Below, one piece after another: positions 24,935 through 36,135 of a stretch of DNA of 64,000 bases. Positions within the stretch are counted from its first letter, which is position 1; each line of letters starts with the position of its first letter. The stretch is taken from the NCBI GenBank assembly GCA_023515795.1, contig JALGPX010000014.1, positions 124,001 through 188,000 of the forward strand, written 5' to 3'. This DNA comes from Amoeboaphelidium occidentale. Its lineage: Eukaryota. The translations under genes were made by a program, and so were the position numbers. A model generated the notes under the pieces. It made no database searches. It was not told the DNA's origin and saw only the letters and a program-made list of their open reading frames with translations.

Positions 24935-25864
24935 ATGTTCAAGTCAAAGAAATTGAAGAATTCGAATATACGGAAACGGTCTAACGAAGACGATGATACT
25001 TCAGTGAATGTGGATGATATTAAAGCAGAAGGCACTGTGGAACAGTCTGGAATAGCAGCGAATGCTCAAAAGAAAGCACGATCAGACAAGCTTACGGCTT
25101 CTTCTGGAAAACATGCGAATGAATCCATATTGCCTGCACAATTGAGTCATTCTGCATCCGGAGCTGCTGCTTCTTTGTTACCAGAAGATTTAGGTGCCAC
25201 TGCGGTTCAAGAGATCGATACAGCGAAAGAGCACGACAGGCGAACGTATATAGAAAAATCGCTTCAAATTAATGCAGAGCGGGAAGGCGTAGAAGATGAT
25301 GACGTTTATCGTGGTCAAGTTGCTTATAATCAGTACGCTTTCAGGAAAGATGCTGACGGGAAGATCATAAGTAGCAAATTAAAGTACGGGCCAACGAGAG
25401 CATCTACTGGAATTAGAGTTACTGCACGTTTCGATTATCAGCCACATGTTTGCAAAGATTACAAAGAGACTGGATATTGTGGATATGGAGATAGCTGTAT
25501 ATTTATGCATGATAGAGGCAATTATAAGTCTGGTTGGCAGCTTGATAAAGAATGGGAAGAAGAGCAACGAAAGAAAAAGGCAAAGGAATTAGGACTTGAA
25601 GTCGAAGAAGAGGAAGATGATGAAAAGTCCAAGAAAGACAAGGAAACGGAATTGCCCTTTGCGTGTCTCCTTTGCCGGAAAGAGTTTACAGATCCTGTCG
25701 TTACGAAATGTAATCATTATTTCTGTGAAGAATGCGCATTGAAACACTTCAAGAAGTCTCCTAAATGCTTTGCCTGTGGTCTGCCTACCCACGGTATTTA
25801 TAGTATTGCAAAGAACATTGTTGCAAAACAACGGGAGAAGGATCATGCTTCTGATCTCAAATGA
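24935..25864 (+). CDS. CWC24: Pre-mRNA splicing factor Cwc24/RNF113A (CCCH + RING)
   Basis: DYQPHVCKDYKETGYCGYGDSCIFMHDR and LPFACLLCR...CNHYFCEEC. Confidence 0.95.
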   Translation: MFKSKKLKNSNIRKRSNEDDDTSVNVDDIKAEGTVEQSGIAANAQKKARSDKLTASSGKHANESILPAQLSHSASGAAASLLPEDLGATAVQEIDTAKEHDRRTYIEKSLQINAEREGVEDDDVYRGQVAYNQYAFRKDADGKIISSKLKYGPTRASTGIRVTARFDYQPHVCKDYKETGYCGYGDSCIFMHDRGNYKSGWQLDKEWEEEQRKKKAKELGLEVEEEEDDEKSKKDKETELPFACLLCRKEFTDPVVTKCNHYFCEECALKHFKKSPKCFACGLPTHGIYSIAKNIVAKQREKDHASDLK

Positions 25865-26143
25865 TGTCTTTAATGTATTTCTGTCTTAAGCACGTTTTGT
25901 TTTTATTGTGATGGTTCTTTTGAACCCATTCTACTTCAATAGATTTACTTCTGAAGTTGGTTCTAAATGTCATGCATGTAGGCGTGCCAACCCTTGAGAA
26001 TAGCACGCTTCATAGCAGCTCACTTTTCGCTACAATAGTCTTGCGGCATAAGAGCCTTTGGTTGAAACAATGTGGTTCAGTGCAATGTTGCATCAGAATC
26101 AGATGTAACAGACCAGAATCTTCAACCCAAATTTTAGTTCGAA

Positions 26144-26756
26144 ATGACTGCAAAGGACAGAATCTCCGTTAAAACAAGACCAGCCACTTTAGATGATGTC
26201 GATAGGCTCTACGACATTATCAATGTGTCTTATCGGTCAGATGTTGGCTGGACTAATGAATCGAAACTGGTGAAGGGCGAAAGGATCACGAAAGGTGAAC
26301 TTAAGACTTTGATCACAGAACAAAAAGATCCTCTATTAGTTGCATTCTGTGATGAAATTACCGATAAAGCACACCAGGGCCAAAAACCCTTAGTCCTGGG
26401 CTGCATTTCCGCTGAAGCTTCTCATTTACATCCGCAACTTCAATTGCCCGATCGATCAGGTAAGCTTAGCGTGTTGTTTTCTAATACATGTAGCTCTTAT
26501 TGGCCTATTTGCTGTGGATGGTGAGTATCAGAGTAAAGGAATCGGGGGTACTCTATTCAGAGCGTGTTGTGAACACGTAAAGTCTGAGTTGAATGCTGAA
26601 ACAGCTGTTCTCTGGGTTATTGAGCAAAGATCTGATTTGCAAAAGTGGTACGAAAAACTTGGCTTTGAATTTAGCGGAGAGATGAAGGATTTCGTGTTCC
26701 CTTCGAAGCTTATCGATGCCTCAACAAAGTTCAGGGTTTACTTGAAGAAACTTTGA
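26144..26756 (+). CDS. GNAT-family N-acetyltransferase; intron 26460-26493
   Basis: GWTNE, spliced IGLFAVDGEYQSKGIGG (acetyl-CoA motif A), WYEKLGF. Confidence 0.85.
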
Positions 26757-26947
26757 AATAGAATCACTGCTTAGTCTATCTCGTGCTTATTGTCTCAGTA
26801 TATCATTCAAGCAGGCAGTTGATAGTTTTTTTACATGAGAGGTTGTCCAAAGGCAGAATAGATTTCTGTTTGAGTTTCAGATCCTAAAATCGGGGTTACG
26901 TTAACAAAGACATAAATTATGATAAATCAGTGTCTATTGAACATGAT

Positions 26948-28240
26948 TTAATTACCGTTGTTATTGCTACCTTGCGCTTGATACTGGGATTGTTGTCCCT
27001 GCTGCTGTTGTGCTTGACCTTGTGGTTGCGCTTGTGCAACTTGCTGTTGGTTATTCGCTGGCATTGGGCCGTAGGTTTTCTCATAATATTCCTTCCATTG
27101 TGGATCGTAGCATGCATAATAATAAGCTGTAGCCTGATCATAGCCATTATAAGCAGGCATGGCCATTCCACCGTAATAACTTTGATAGCCCGCTGATTGC
27201 ATTGCATTAGCTCCGTAATAAGAGTTGGGAGATGTGGCAGAAGAAGCTGGTGTAGTAACTTCTAATTGCTGTTTAGCATAAAGGGCGTCTGCAGCCTTAT
27301 CTTTGCCCCATGACAGTTTCAATTTACATCCGTTTAAAACTAAACCGTGAACATATGAAATCGCCGTTGCAGCATTCTCGTGCGAGTCGTATCTAACAAA
27401 TGCGAAACCTCTTTCTGGAGTAACTCTTATATCTACCAAATGACCATAAGGTTGGAACACAGGAGTTAACATATCAATAGTACAATTAGGAGGAATTCCG
27501 CCAACATAAACTGTTGTGTGATATGCTGAAGCTTGGTTCAAAACTTGGTTGTAATTCAATGAAGGTTTCGTTGGAGGCACGAAAATCGCTGAAGAAGAAT
27601 ATGCTCCAATTTTTCCACCTTCAGCTATCGATCCTGTTAATGATGCAACTGTAGACGAAGCATTTTTCTGATGAGCCCAATTAACGCGTATTGGCTTCTT
27701 TCCAACTGTGACGCCATTCATCGTAGCCATGGCCTAGAATCATAAGCAAATGTACCATCAGTATAATTAACTAACCTTGTCTGCATCAAGTTTATCTCTG
27801 AATGAAACAAAGCCATATCCACGAGGCTTTCCGGTACTCGGATCCCAAAGCACGCGAGCATCTGAGACTGTGCTGAATTGGGAGAAAGCTCTGTGTAGCA
27901 TATCATCAGAAACATCATTGCTCAGTTCACCGATCCAAAGAGTCCAATGGTCCGCAGTGTTCTCTGTTCGATCCCGTCTATGCGAAAAGGCCCATGACAG
28001 GGAAATAACGCTGTCAAGTATTTTGGTGCCGTTGAATGTTGTGATGGCATTATCTGCTTCTGAGTGCGACCCAAATTCCACCAAAGCTGAGCTAAGCCCG
28101 CCAAATTGAAAGGAATTGTCAGGCGTAATTCTAATGTTCGTCACTCGTCCAGCTTGTTCTAATATGGATTTCAGTGTCACTTCATTTACTTTCGGGTCTA
28201 AGCCGATAATGTTTAGCGCTCTTGAGCCTTCGCTTGCCAT
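26948..28240 (-). CDS. Pub1/TIA-1-like protein with three RRMs and a Q/Y-rich tail; intron 27734-27775
   Basis: ARVLWDPSTGKPRGYGFVSF, PIRVNWA, TTVYVGGI, RGFAFVRY, LSWGKD. Confidence 0.88.
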
Positions 28241-28337
28241 TTGTCAGAGAAAAGTTGCAAAGCGGCTGATAGGGGAAATTCTATTTTGTGAATAGAAAAG
28301 GCTGCGTCTTTTATGCAGCGGTCACAGATTTTTTGGC

Positions 28338-29411
28338 TCAGACTTGCCTACTGAAACTGGGGTGTCTTTCTCCTGTTAAAAAGTAATGAACTGCGATATT
28401 AGCCATGTTAATTGCTGCTGAAACATCCTTGTTAACAATGAGATCGTGTCCAGTTGAAGTCTTGCAATCTTTGCACTTCCACATCCTAGTTCCTTCATTA
28501 CAGTATTTGTTAAGAGGCTTAAAACACATTGGGCAGTTCTAAGAAGTCCAAAATTTCTGAGCAACGATGGGCTAAGTATATAAATCACTCAATGATTAAA
28601 CCCTCATAACATTAACAACTCAGTGCTATTGTCTACGAGATTTTAATCCACCTCTGTGTGAGTGGATCAATACAGGGTACTATCGCAGAAAAAAGCAGCA
28701 ACAATGATGTTCTCAATGATTGCTATGCTCCGTTCAGAGTGCTGACTTGTGTGAGTATCCTGTGGTCTCTTCTATAGTTGTTCTCCGGGTTCTCCAATTA
28801 ATCTGCTGCTGATAACTTGATTCTTGAAACAAGCGAAATTTGANTAGTTCCTTCGTTACAGTATTTGTTAAGAGGCTTAAAACACATTGGGCAATTCTAA
28901 GAAGTCCAAAATTTCTGAGCAACGATGGGCTAAGTATATATATCACTCAATGATTAAACCCTCATAACATTAACAACTCAGTGCTATTGTCTACGAGATT
29001 TTAATCCATCTCTGTGTGATTAGATCACTATCTTGAAGCACCACAACTTAAACAGCAGCAACAACAATGTTCTCAATGATTGCTATGCTCCGTTCAGGGT
29101 GCTGGCTGACTTGTATGAGTTTCTTGTGATCTCTCCTATAGTTGTTCTTCGGGTTCTCATTTTTGAGTGCTGCTGATAGCTTGATTCATGTAGCAAGCGA
29201 AATTTGATTCTTCTGACAGTTATAGTTCGCATGACCAGAATTCTATTCAGTCATTCAGTAATTTATCTGTGCAAGTTGGTATTCTTACTGGAAATAAAAA
29301 TTCTGTTTTGCCTTGACCGACCGGTCCAGGTTTCGACTAAGTGTTTGGGTGACCAAAAATTTTCTATTGGACATCAACCAAAGCTTTGCTAAACTTTCCG
29401 CAGAAGCATAT
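28338..29411 (-). pseudogene. Decayed Fanzor/TnpB-like RuvC nuclease gene (C-terminal part), partly present twice
   Basis: Reads IVAQKFWTS*NCPMC...WKCKDC...IVNKDVSAAINM...GERHPSFSR. This matches the RuvC-II E..TS / CxxC-CxxC zinc finger / RuvC-III NRD.xAA.N / RP..F.R layout. Several in-frame stops lie upstream. Confidence 0.72.
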
Positions 29412-29567
29412 NATAATGATAATAATAAAAGCATTCTATCAAAGATTATTGTCATTTAATTAGTNNNNNNNNNNNNNNNNNNNNNGTTGGTATTCTTACT
29501 GGAAATAAAAATTCTGTTTTGCCTTGACCGACCGGTCCAGGTTTCGNNNNNNNNNNNNNNNNNNNNN

Positions 29568-30195
29568 TTCGCCTCCTCCACCGTCAGGACCACCTGCAGC
29601 TGTATCTGGATTTTCTTCCTTGAGTGATGTTGAGCCAGTCGGTGGTACGCTACCAGGGTTTCCGCTTTATAATTTGGATGCGTCTTCTTGTCAAGAACGT
29701 TGTAGACAAGCTGCAGACTGCAAATATGTTTTATTTAAAAGAGAACCAACTCAGAGTATTTGCTGGATTAAGCCTTCAGATTGTGAATTAAAGCCTCTTG
29801 GACAAGGTGTTATGTGCCCGAATGATGGTAGCAGTACCTGTGCAAGTTTCCAAAAGGATTCTACGGTGCAACCATCACCATCTACGCCTCCTCGACCTTC
29901 ACCTACGCCTCCTCCACCGTCAGGACCACCTGCAGCTGTATCTGGATTTTCTTCCTTGAGTGATGTTGAGCCAGTCGGTGGTACGCTACCAGGGTTTCCG
30001 CTTTATAATTTGGATGCGTCTTCTTGTCAAGAACGTTGTAGACAAGCTGCAGACTGCAAATATGTTTTATTTAAAAGAGAACCAACTCAGAGTATTTGCT
30101 GGATTAAGCCTTCAGATTGTGAATTAAAGCCTCTTGGACAAGGTGTTATGTGCCCGAATGATGGTAGCTGTTTAACTTTTACTAAAGCTGCATAG
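29568..30195 (+). CDS. 3' part of a protein with tandem PAN/Apple-like Cys domains and Pro/Ser-rich linkers (5' end lost in gap)
   Basis: Two copies of ...SCQERCRQAADCKYVLF...CWIK... separated by PSPSTPPRPSPTPPPP; stop at 30195. Confidence 0.7.
29570..30168 (+). repeat. Intragenic tandem duplication, period about 336 bp, about 260 bp identical
   Basis: About 29570-29832 matches about 29906-30168 by direct reading, with no N between the copies. Confidence 0.9.
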
Positions 30196-31855
30196 TAATT
30201 GCGAGCCTGGAGCTTTAGCGAAAGGCGATGCTGATAAGCTTGGGGACTGGAATAAAAATAATGTCCGTGTGTCCCACTTCATGATAACGTGTCACTTTTT
30301 AAATTTCAAGCTTACACATCAATTAATTATTGGTTTCATCATGTTTAAATGCTTCAAACAGTCTTCTTGCAATTTCTTAAGTTTTCATTGTTGTTACATG
30401 AACGATCAATCTGCTGAAACATCAGTATTCGAGAATCAAGCAGATATCGGCCGAAAGGCTCCGAGAAAAGGAATAAATATAAGAATGGCACTTTTATTCT
30501 ATTCCACGAATATCAAAAGAACCTTTGTTCTATTCCTAATATTGTGAATAGTTTGAATGAAACAAAGTACCACATAATTCTTCATGTGACAATACCGGAT
30601 CGCATTTCTTTGTACTAAAACGGCAATTACCTATGGCATAGAGTATGCTTAACACCAAGTTAAACTTATTCCTAGAGATATTGTTGGAACTTAACGTGAT
30701 CAAGTTGATCAAGCCCTGATATTGAAGGAATCTTTACGTAGTTATAGAAAGGAAATTAAGACTTCCACAAATGAAAATGGCGTCAAGTTTATATTCAGAA
30801 TATTGTTACAGGTGTTATCTGCAACTTATCCTTATCATCTGGTGCACTTAGCAACCATTGCACCTGAGACTTACTGACTTGTAATTGCGTATGTTTTCAG
30901 ACCACAGCCCTTGACTTTACCCAAAGGAATGGACAGAATATGTTGCTTCTAAAGTACTTGCTCCAGCTATAAGATTTTTAACGCTTGAAACTTCAAAAAA
31001 CTCACTCTATGATATTGACAGTATTTACTATTCACTGATCTGAGAATAATGGTACAGAGGACTACCGGACCAATATTCTATTCTATTTAGAATAAAGTCA
31101 ATATTCTATTGAGATTATAATATTGGAGCCCTGCTTACTTGGAATGAACCTTGGTTCGAATGGCACAATTAACTTAATAAACGCGTGTCTTCAGCTGATT
31201 CAGGCTTTGTTTGAATTAATTCTATTCGCCCGGCGAGCAGTAAAGCCTTGCTTTATTTCTATCTTAGTTATTATTCTGCAGTTGAGAACCTAAGTGTTCT
31301 TGGAATGCTGGCCTCTAAAAAGGAAACTCTCTGCACATAAATAGAACCAAAGTCAACTTGTAATCTTCACAGAAACATCAGATACGTATAAGCTGTATAT
31401 ATATGTATTGCAATCTATTCAGGTTTAATCTAAGATTCGCCTTCTGGTGAGCATAGATTGGACTTTCTACTAGGACAAACTGCAATTTGATCCATTTTAC
31501 AATTGATCACTTGCCTTGGATATTCTTCGCATAAATTTATCATGTGAAACAATCATTGTGTTATCTTTGAGAGACTGTATCAATAAACATGTCCATCTTA
31601 CAACAAAGAAATAACCAGAGTCACTTTTAAGCCCAAATTCGTCCACGAAGGGGGTTGCAAAGTACAGAAACTCTACTGTATATGCACTTAAACTTGAATG
31701 ACAGGTGACTCTTAGGTCTTCCTCTGATGTGCATACACAAAACTGACCAAAATGTAATACAACGAAACCCCCTTCCGCCCCGAAACACAAATTCTGCGCC
31801 ACAACGACGCTTTTCGTATTCTGCAAACTTCTCTTGTTTTCCTTTTCCCGTAGTG

Positions 31856-33530
31856 ATGAAGTTAACTAACGCTGTTTTAAGTGCGATTATTTCTGCCACT
31901 GCAGTCTTGGGCGAGGATGCTGTCTTTAAAGTTGGGCCTCTTTAAGTTTAGCCAAATCTAACTTTGATTCTGTAGCCAACTTCGATTAAGGCACCTTTCA
32001 TCGAACAATTCACAGAAGGTTGGGACCAACGCTGGAGAGTCAGTGAAGCTGTAAAACAGGGGGTTGAAGGTTCTGCTGATGGTAACGAAGAGTTGTACAG
32101 ATACCGTGGTGAATGGTCCGTGGAACCTGCTGTTAAAGATGCATTGGCAGGCAAGGAAGGCTTGGTCGCAAAGACACCTGCTGCCCACCACGCTATTTCC
32201 GTTGCTTTCGATACTCCAGTTGACCCTACTGACAAGGAGTTTGTTGTTCAGTATGAATTGAAGTTGCAGGATGAATTGCAGTGCGGTGGTGCATACATTA
32301 AGTTGTTGACAGAATCTCCTTCCGGAATTCAGTACAAGGAATTTGATGACAAGACTCCATACACCATCATGTTTGGTCCAGACAAGTGTGGTTCAACAAA
32401 CAAGGTTCATTTTATTTTCCGTCACCAGAGTCCTGTTACTCAGGAATGGGAAGAGAAACACTTCAAGAACACTCCTTCCATTAAGGATGATGCAAAAACT
32501 CACCTCTACACTTTGTATGTTCGTCCAAACAATAGTTTCGAACTGTACATTGACAAGGTCAGAGTCAAGTTTGGCACTTTGTTGGAAGATTTTAGCCCTG
32601 CTGTTAACCCTCCTGCTCTTATTGATGATCCAAAGGACAAGAAACCAAGTGACTGGGTTGATGATCCAAAGATGCCTGATCCTCATGCAACTAAGCCAGC
32701 TGACTGGGACGAGTTTGCCCCAAAGACAATTCCGGACGAAGATGCTGAAATTCCAGAAGACTGGTTAGAAGATGAGCCAGAGTTTGTCTCTGATCCTGAT
32801 GCATTGCAACCTGAAGACTGGGATGAGGATGAGGATGGTAAGCGATTATTTCTCTTAATTAATTTTTTCAGGAACTTGGGGAGCTCCTCAGATTCCAAAT
32901 CCAAAGTGTGAAAAGGTATCTGGCTGCGGTAAATGGGAACGTCCTCAGAAGCCAAACCCTGGATACAAGGGCAAGTGGTATCCTCCAATGATTGACAACC
33001 CAGACTACAAGGGAGCTTGGGAGCCAAAGAAGATCAAGAACCCATTGTTCTTTGAAGACTTGAAACCGTCCAAGTTCACCAAGATTATGGGTATCGGTAT
33101 TGAAATCTGGACTATGCAAGCAGGAATTATGTTTGATAGCTTTTACGTTGGTCACTCTCTTGATGATGCTTTCCAGCTCGCTGATGAAAGCTATGCTCTA
33201 AAGAAGAAGATCGAAGATGCAAGCGCAGAGGAAGAACAAGCAAAAGAAGACGAAGCTGCAGAAGAGAACAATCCTGATAAAGACAAGTTCGTAACCAAGG
33301 CCAAGAAACAATGGGACAAGATTTCAGTCCTATTGAATGAATTCATGGCTGCAGCTGTTGTTGACCCTGTTGAAGCATTCAAGACTTACCCTGTTACTGG
33401 TGCTTCTGTTGTGTTTGCTTTCTTGGCTCCTACCATTTTATACTTCTTGTTGGGTGGATCTTCAAAGAAAGACGAAGTTGAGAAGGAAGAAAAGGAAGAG
33501 AAAGATGACCAGGCTAAGAAGGATGATTAA
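31856..33530 (+). CDS. CNE1: Calnexin; introns 31931-31975 and 32838-32871
   Basis: Signal peptide, CGGAYIKLL, YTIMFGPDKCG, P-domain repeats (KPSDW, KPADWDE, PEDWDE), GIEIWTM, a TM segment and terminal KKDD. Confidence 0.96.
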
Positions 33531-33605
33531 ATGCGTTCTTTAAAAGAGACTCAATAAAGAAGCCTAATTAACTCTAGCCTGAATTATATTTTCTGTAAAC
33601 TCAAC

Positions 33606-35370
33606 CTAATCCAATTCAATAGTATCATTTTCTTCATCCAGAACAATTACATCTGACTTGGATTTCTTAACAGATGCAGAAGATTCGCCACCATCCTCTG
33701 CTTTACGCTTCTTTGAAACATTCTCAGAATTGTCATTCTCAGCTTCTTGAACAACTGGTTTCACCTTGGCCACAGGAATTTTCATGTCGCCTTCAGTTCT
33801 AATACTGTTCTCTTCCTTAATAATGAAAAGAACCAGAGGGACTTTCTTTCCTCCAGGCTCATCTGAGTCAGTCTCAATGACCATTTTGGAGCCATGTATC
33901 AAATTCAGATCTGCAAGCTTAGTATCCTCCATGTCCTCGAAATCAGGATCGTAAATCAGTGATCCTACGCTATTGAACACTGACAGCTCTCCTTCAAGAC
34001 CATACTTTACACGAACAATTTCATTCAATACATCTTTGAGAGTAAACTTTTTAGAATCAACAAACAGCTTTCTGTAAGCAACAGCACATTTTGCACAAAA
34101 ATCATTAGGTTTTACCAGAGAAACAGGATTCAATATCTTAGGAGGCGTATTGTATGATAGATAAGTTGTTTTGATACTTTCCCAGTCACCCTTAATTAGT
34201 TTTTTAGCCATGATAACCATCAAAGCTGCAATGATTGCATTTGTTGTAGCAATTGCAGGGATAATATTGCCAGCCATCTCTTTGGATTCAAACAATGTCT
34301 TCTTTTCAATTCTAAATACATGCATTCTCAAATAAGCAGCAGCTGCGACAAACTCCATTATCTCGTCATCATCTTTGTCAAATTCCATTGACTCTACTTT
34401 CACGACTCGTTTTCCCAACTTTGAACAATTTGTCAAGAATACAGAAACTGCTTGCTCCAGAGTCCATAATTTGTGGGTTTTATCAAGACCTTGAGGGATG
34501 GCAGTTCCAGGCTTATTGAGCTGTTTTAAATCAAGGGGAGAAGGCTTGTCCCTATTCTTCCATGTTTCTTCGTTCATCAATAATCTCTTGATATCTGTGC
34601 TATAAACCTTCTCAAAGATCTTTTCTGCGTAATCCTTCTTATCAGAGTTTTCTCTTAAAACTTTCAATTCTCTTTCCTCCTCTTTCAGCTTCTTAATTTC
34701 CTCTAAATCATCATCAGCTGTTACCGCATTATTTGTTTCATCCTCATCGTCCACACCAAACAGCTTTCCAAACAAATACATTTTGGCCCAAACAATGCAA
34801 TGAATCGGCTTGGATGGTGTGCTTCTAATCGTGCAGACAGGAAACGTTGTTGGTGCTGGACGCGGAGAACAATCAAAGCATTCTGTCTTGCCAGGAACAT
34901 GCACAGTTGCTTGACCCAATAATCCAGCCGTGCCAGATTCAACTAATGGGATGCCTGTAGCCAAACACATAACATTTACATGAGATCGTGCCTCTAAATT
35001 ATCCAAAGCATTCATAACGATATCAAACTGCTCAAAGAAAGCCAAATCGAACTTTGGGTCTTTGATGATGTTACTGAAATGCGGAGTGATTTTAGCCTCA
35101 GGCACCAATTCCAGTGCTGCTTCAGTTGCAACCTGTGCTTTCGACATTCCAACGTGCTTCTTACGGAACAAGAATTGTCTGTTTAAATTGCTAAAGTCAA
35201 TCGTATCCAAATCAACCTAAGAATGAGTACGAAGACCTCTCGCGCTTTAAAAGTACCAAATGGATGTTCCGGAAGCCTGAAAGGACTAAATTCTTAATCA
35301 GCTCAGAACCAATTCCACCTGCCCCAACGATGAGCAGTTTTGCGTTTTCCGGAAGCGTTGAAGAAGTCAT
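33606..35370 (-). CDS. UBA2: SUMO-activating enzyme subunit Uba2/SAE2; intron 35217-35256
   Basis: IVGAGGIG, spliced [42 protein letters not shown]. Confidence 0.95.
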
Positions 35371-35385
35371 TACACGAAAAATGTT

Positions 35386-36135
35386 CTATTTCGGAGTCAT
35401 AGCAGCCTTGGCCAATAAAAAGCCAATTAATTCGACTGAACTGAAACTGTCGTCGTTACCAGGAATTGGGTAAGTAACTGTTAAAGGATCAGAATCTGTA
35501 TCACACAGCCCAATAGTTGGAATTAGAACATTGCTTGCTTCTTTCAATGCAACTTGACTTTCATTTACATCCAAGCAAATAATCAAATCTGGTTGTATTA
35601 ACTGACCATTACGCGTTGCCTTCTTTAGTGTTTGCTCGTGGTTGGACAAACATCCTTCCAGCCATTTGCCGTGCACGTAAAACTGATTAGAATATCTTGC
35701 GCAGTTAGAAACAATGTCCTTCTGAAATGGCCTCATTCCGAGGAACAATATCGTACCATCCTTTCTAGAAATTTCTTGAGTGACTGCGATTGCTCTGCGT
35801 AAATGCGTTAGCGTGTGTTCTAAATTGATCACGTGTATTCCAGCCCTTCTTCCGTAAATGTATGGAAGCATATTTTGATGCCACTTAGCTGTTGTATGGC
35901 CCAAGTGCACACCTGCCCTCATAAGTTCTTGAATAGAGCAATCATCGCGTTGAGGTGGTAATTCAATAGCGGAACCTATCTCTTTCCATTCGGGTAGCAA
36001 AGAAAATAGTTCAGCTTGAGTATCATTTTGTAGAGCAGTAATAGATACGCTCCTTGTGATGGATACACTCCGTGATATTTGTGGAATAATTCGGTTGATC
36101 GGAAACATCGTAAGAAAGAGTTTTGGTCTATTCAT
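35386..36135 (-). CDS. MRP4: Mitochondrial ribosomal protein uS2m (start at 36135 or 36108)
   Basis: AGVHLGH, PYIYGRRAGIHVINL, IPTIGLCDTDSDP, YPIPGNDDS, with a basic presequence-like N-terminus. Confidence 0.9.
   Translation of the reverse strand: MNRPKLFLTMFPINRIIPQISRSVSITRSVSITALQNDTQAELFSLLPEWKEIGSAIELPPQRDDCSIQELMRAGVHLGHTTAKWHQNMLPYIYGRRAGIHVINLEHTLTHLRRAIAVTQEISRKDGTILFLGMRPFQKDIVSNCARYSNQFYVHGKWLEGCLSNHEQTLKKATRNGQLIQPDLIICLDVNESQVALKEASNVLIPTIGLCDTDSDPLTVTYPIPGNDDSFSSVELIGFLLAKAAMTPK

Noticed and set aside
25960..26060. Minus-strand hairpin GCGTGC...GCACGC followed by ACA-NNN (H/ACA snoRNA-like or SECIS-like)
   Set aside because: Only one convincing hairpin, no well-placed H box or pocket, no SECIS GA quartet and no linked UGA-containing ORF. 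It needs Infernal or snoGPS before any claim.
31700..31730. Minus-strand GAGGAAGACCTAAG resembling RNase P/MRP CR-I
   Set aside because: I could not find a complementary CR-V segment to form helix P4.
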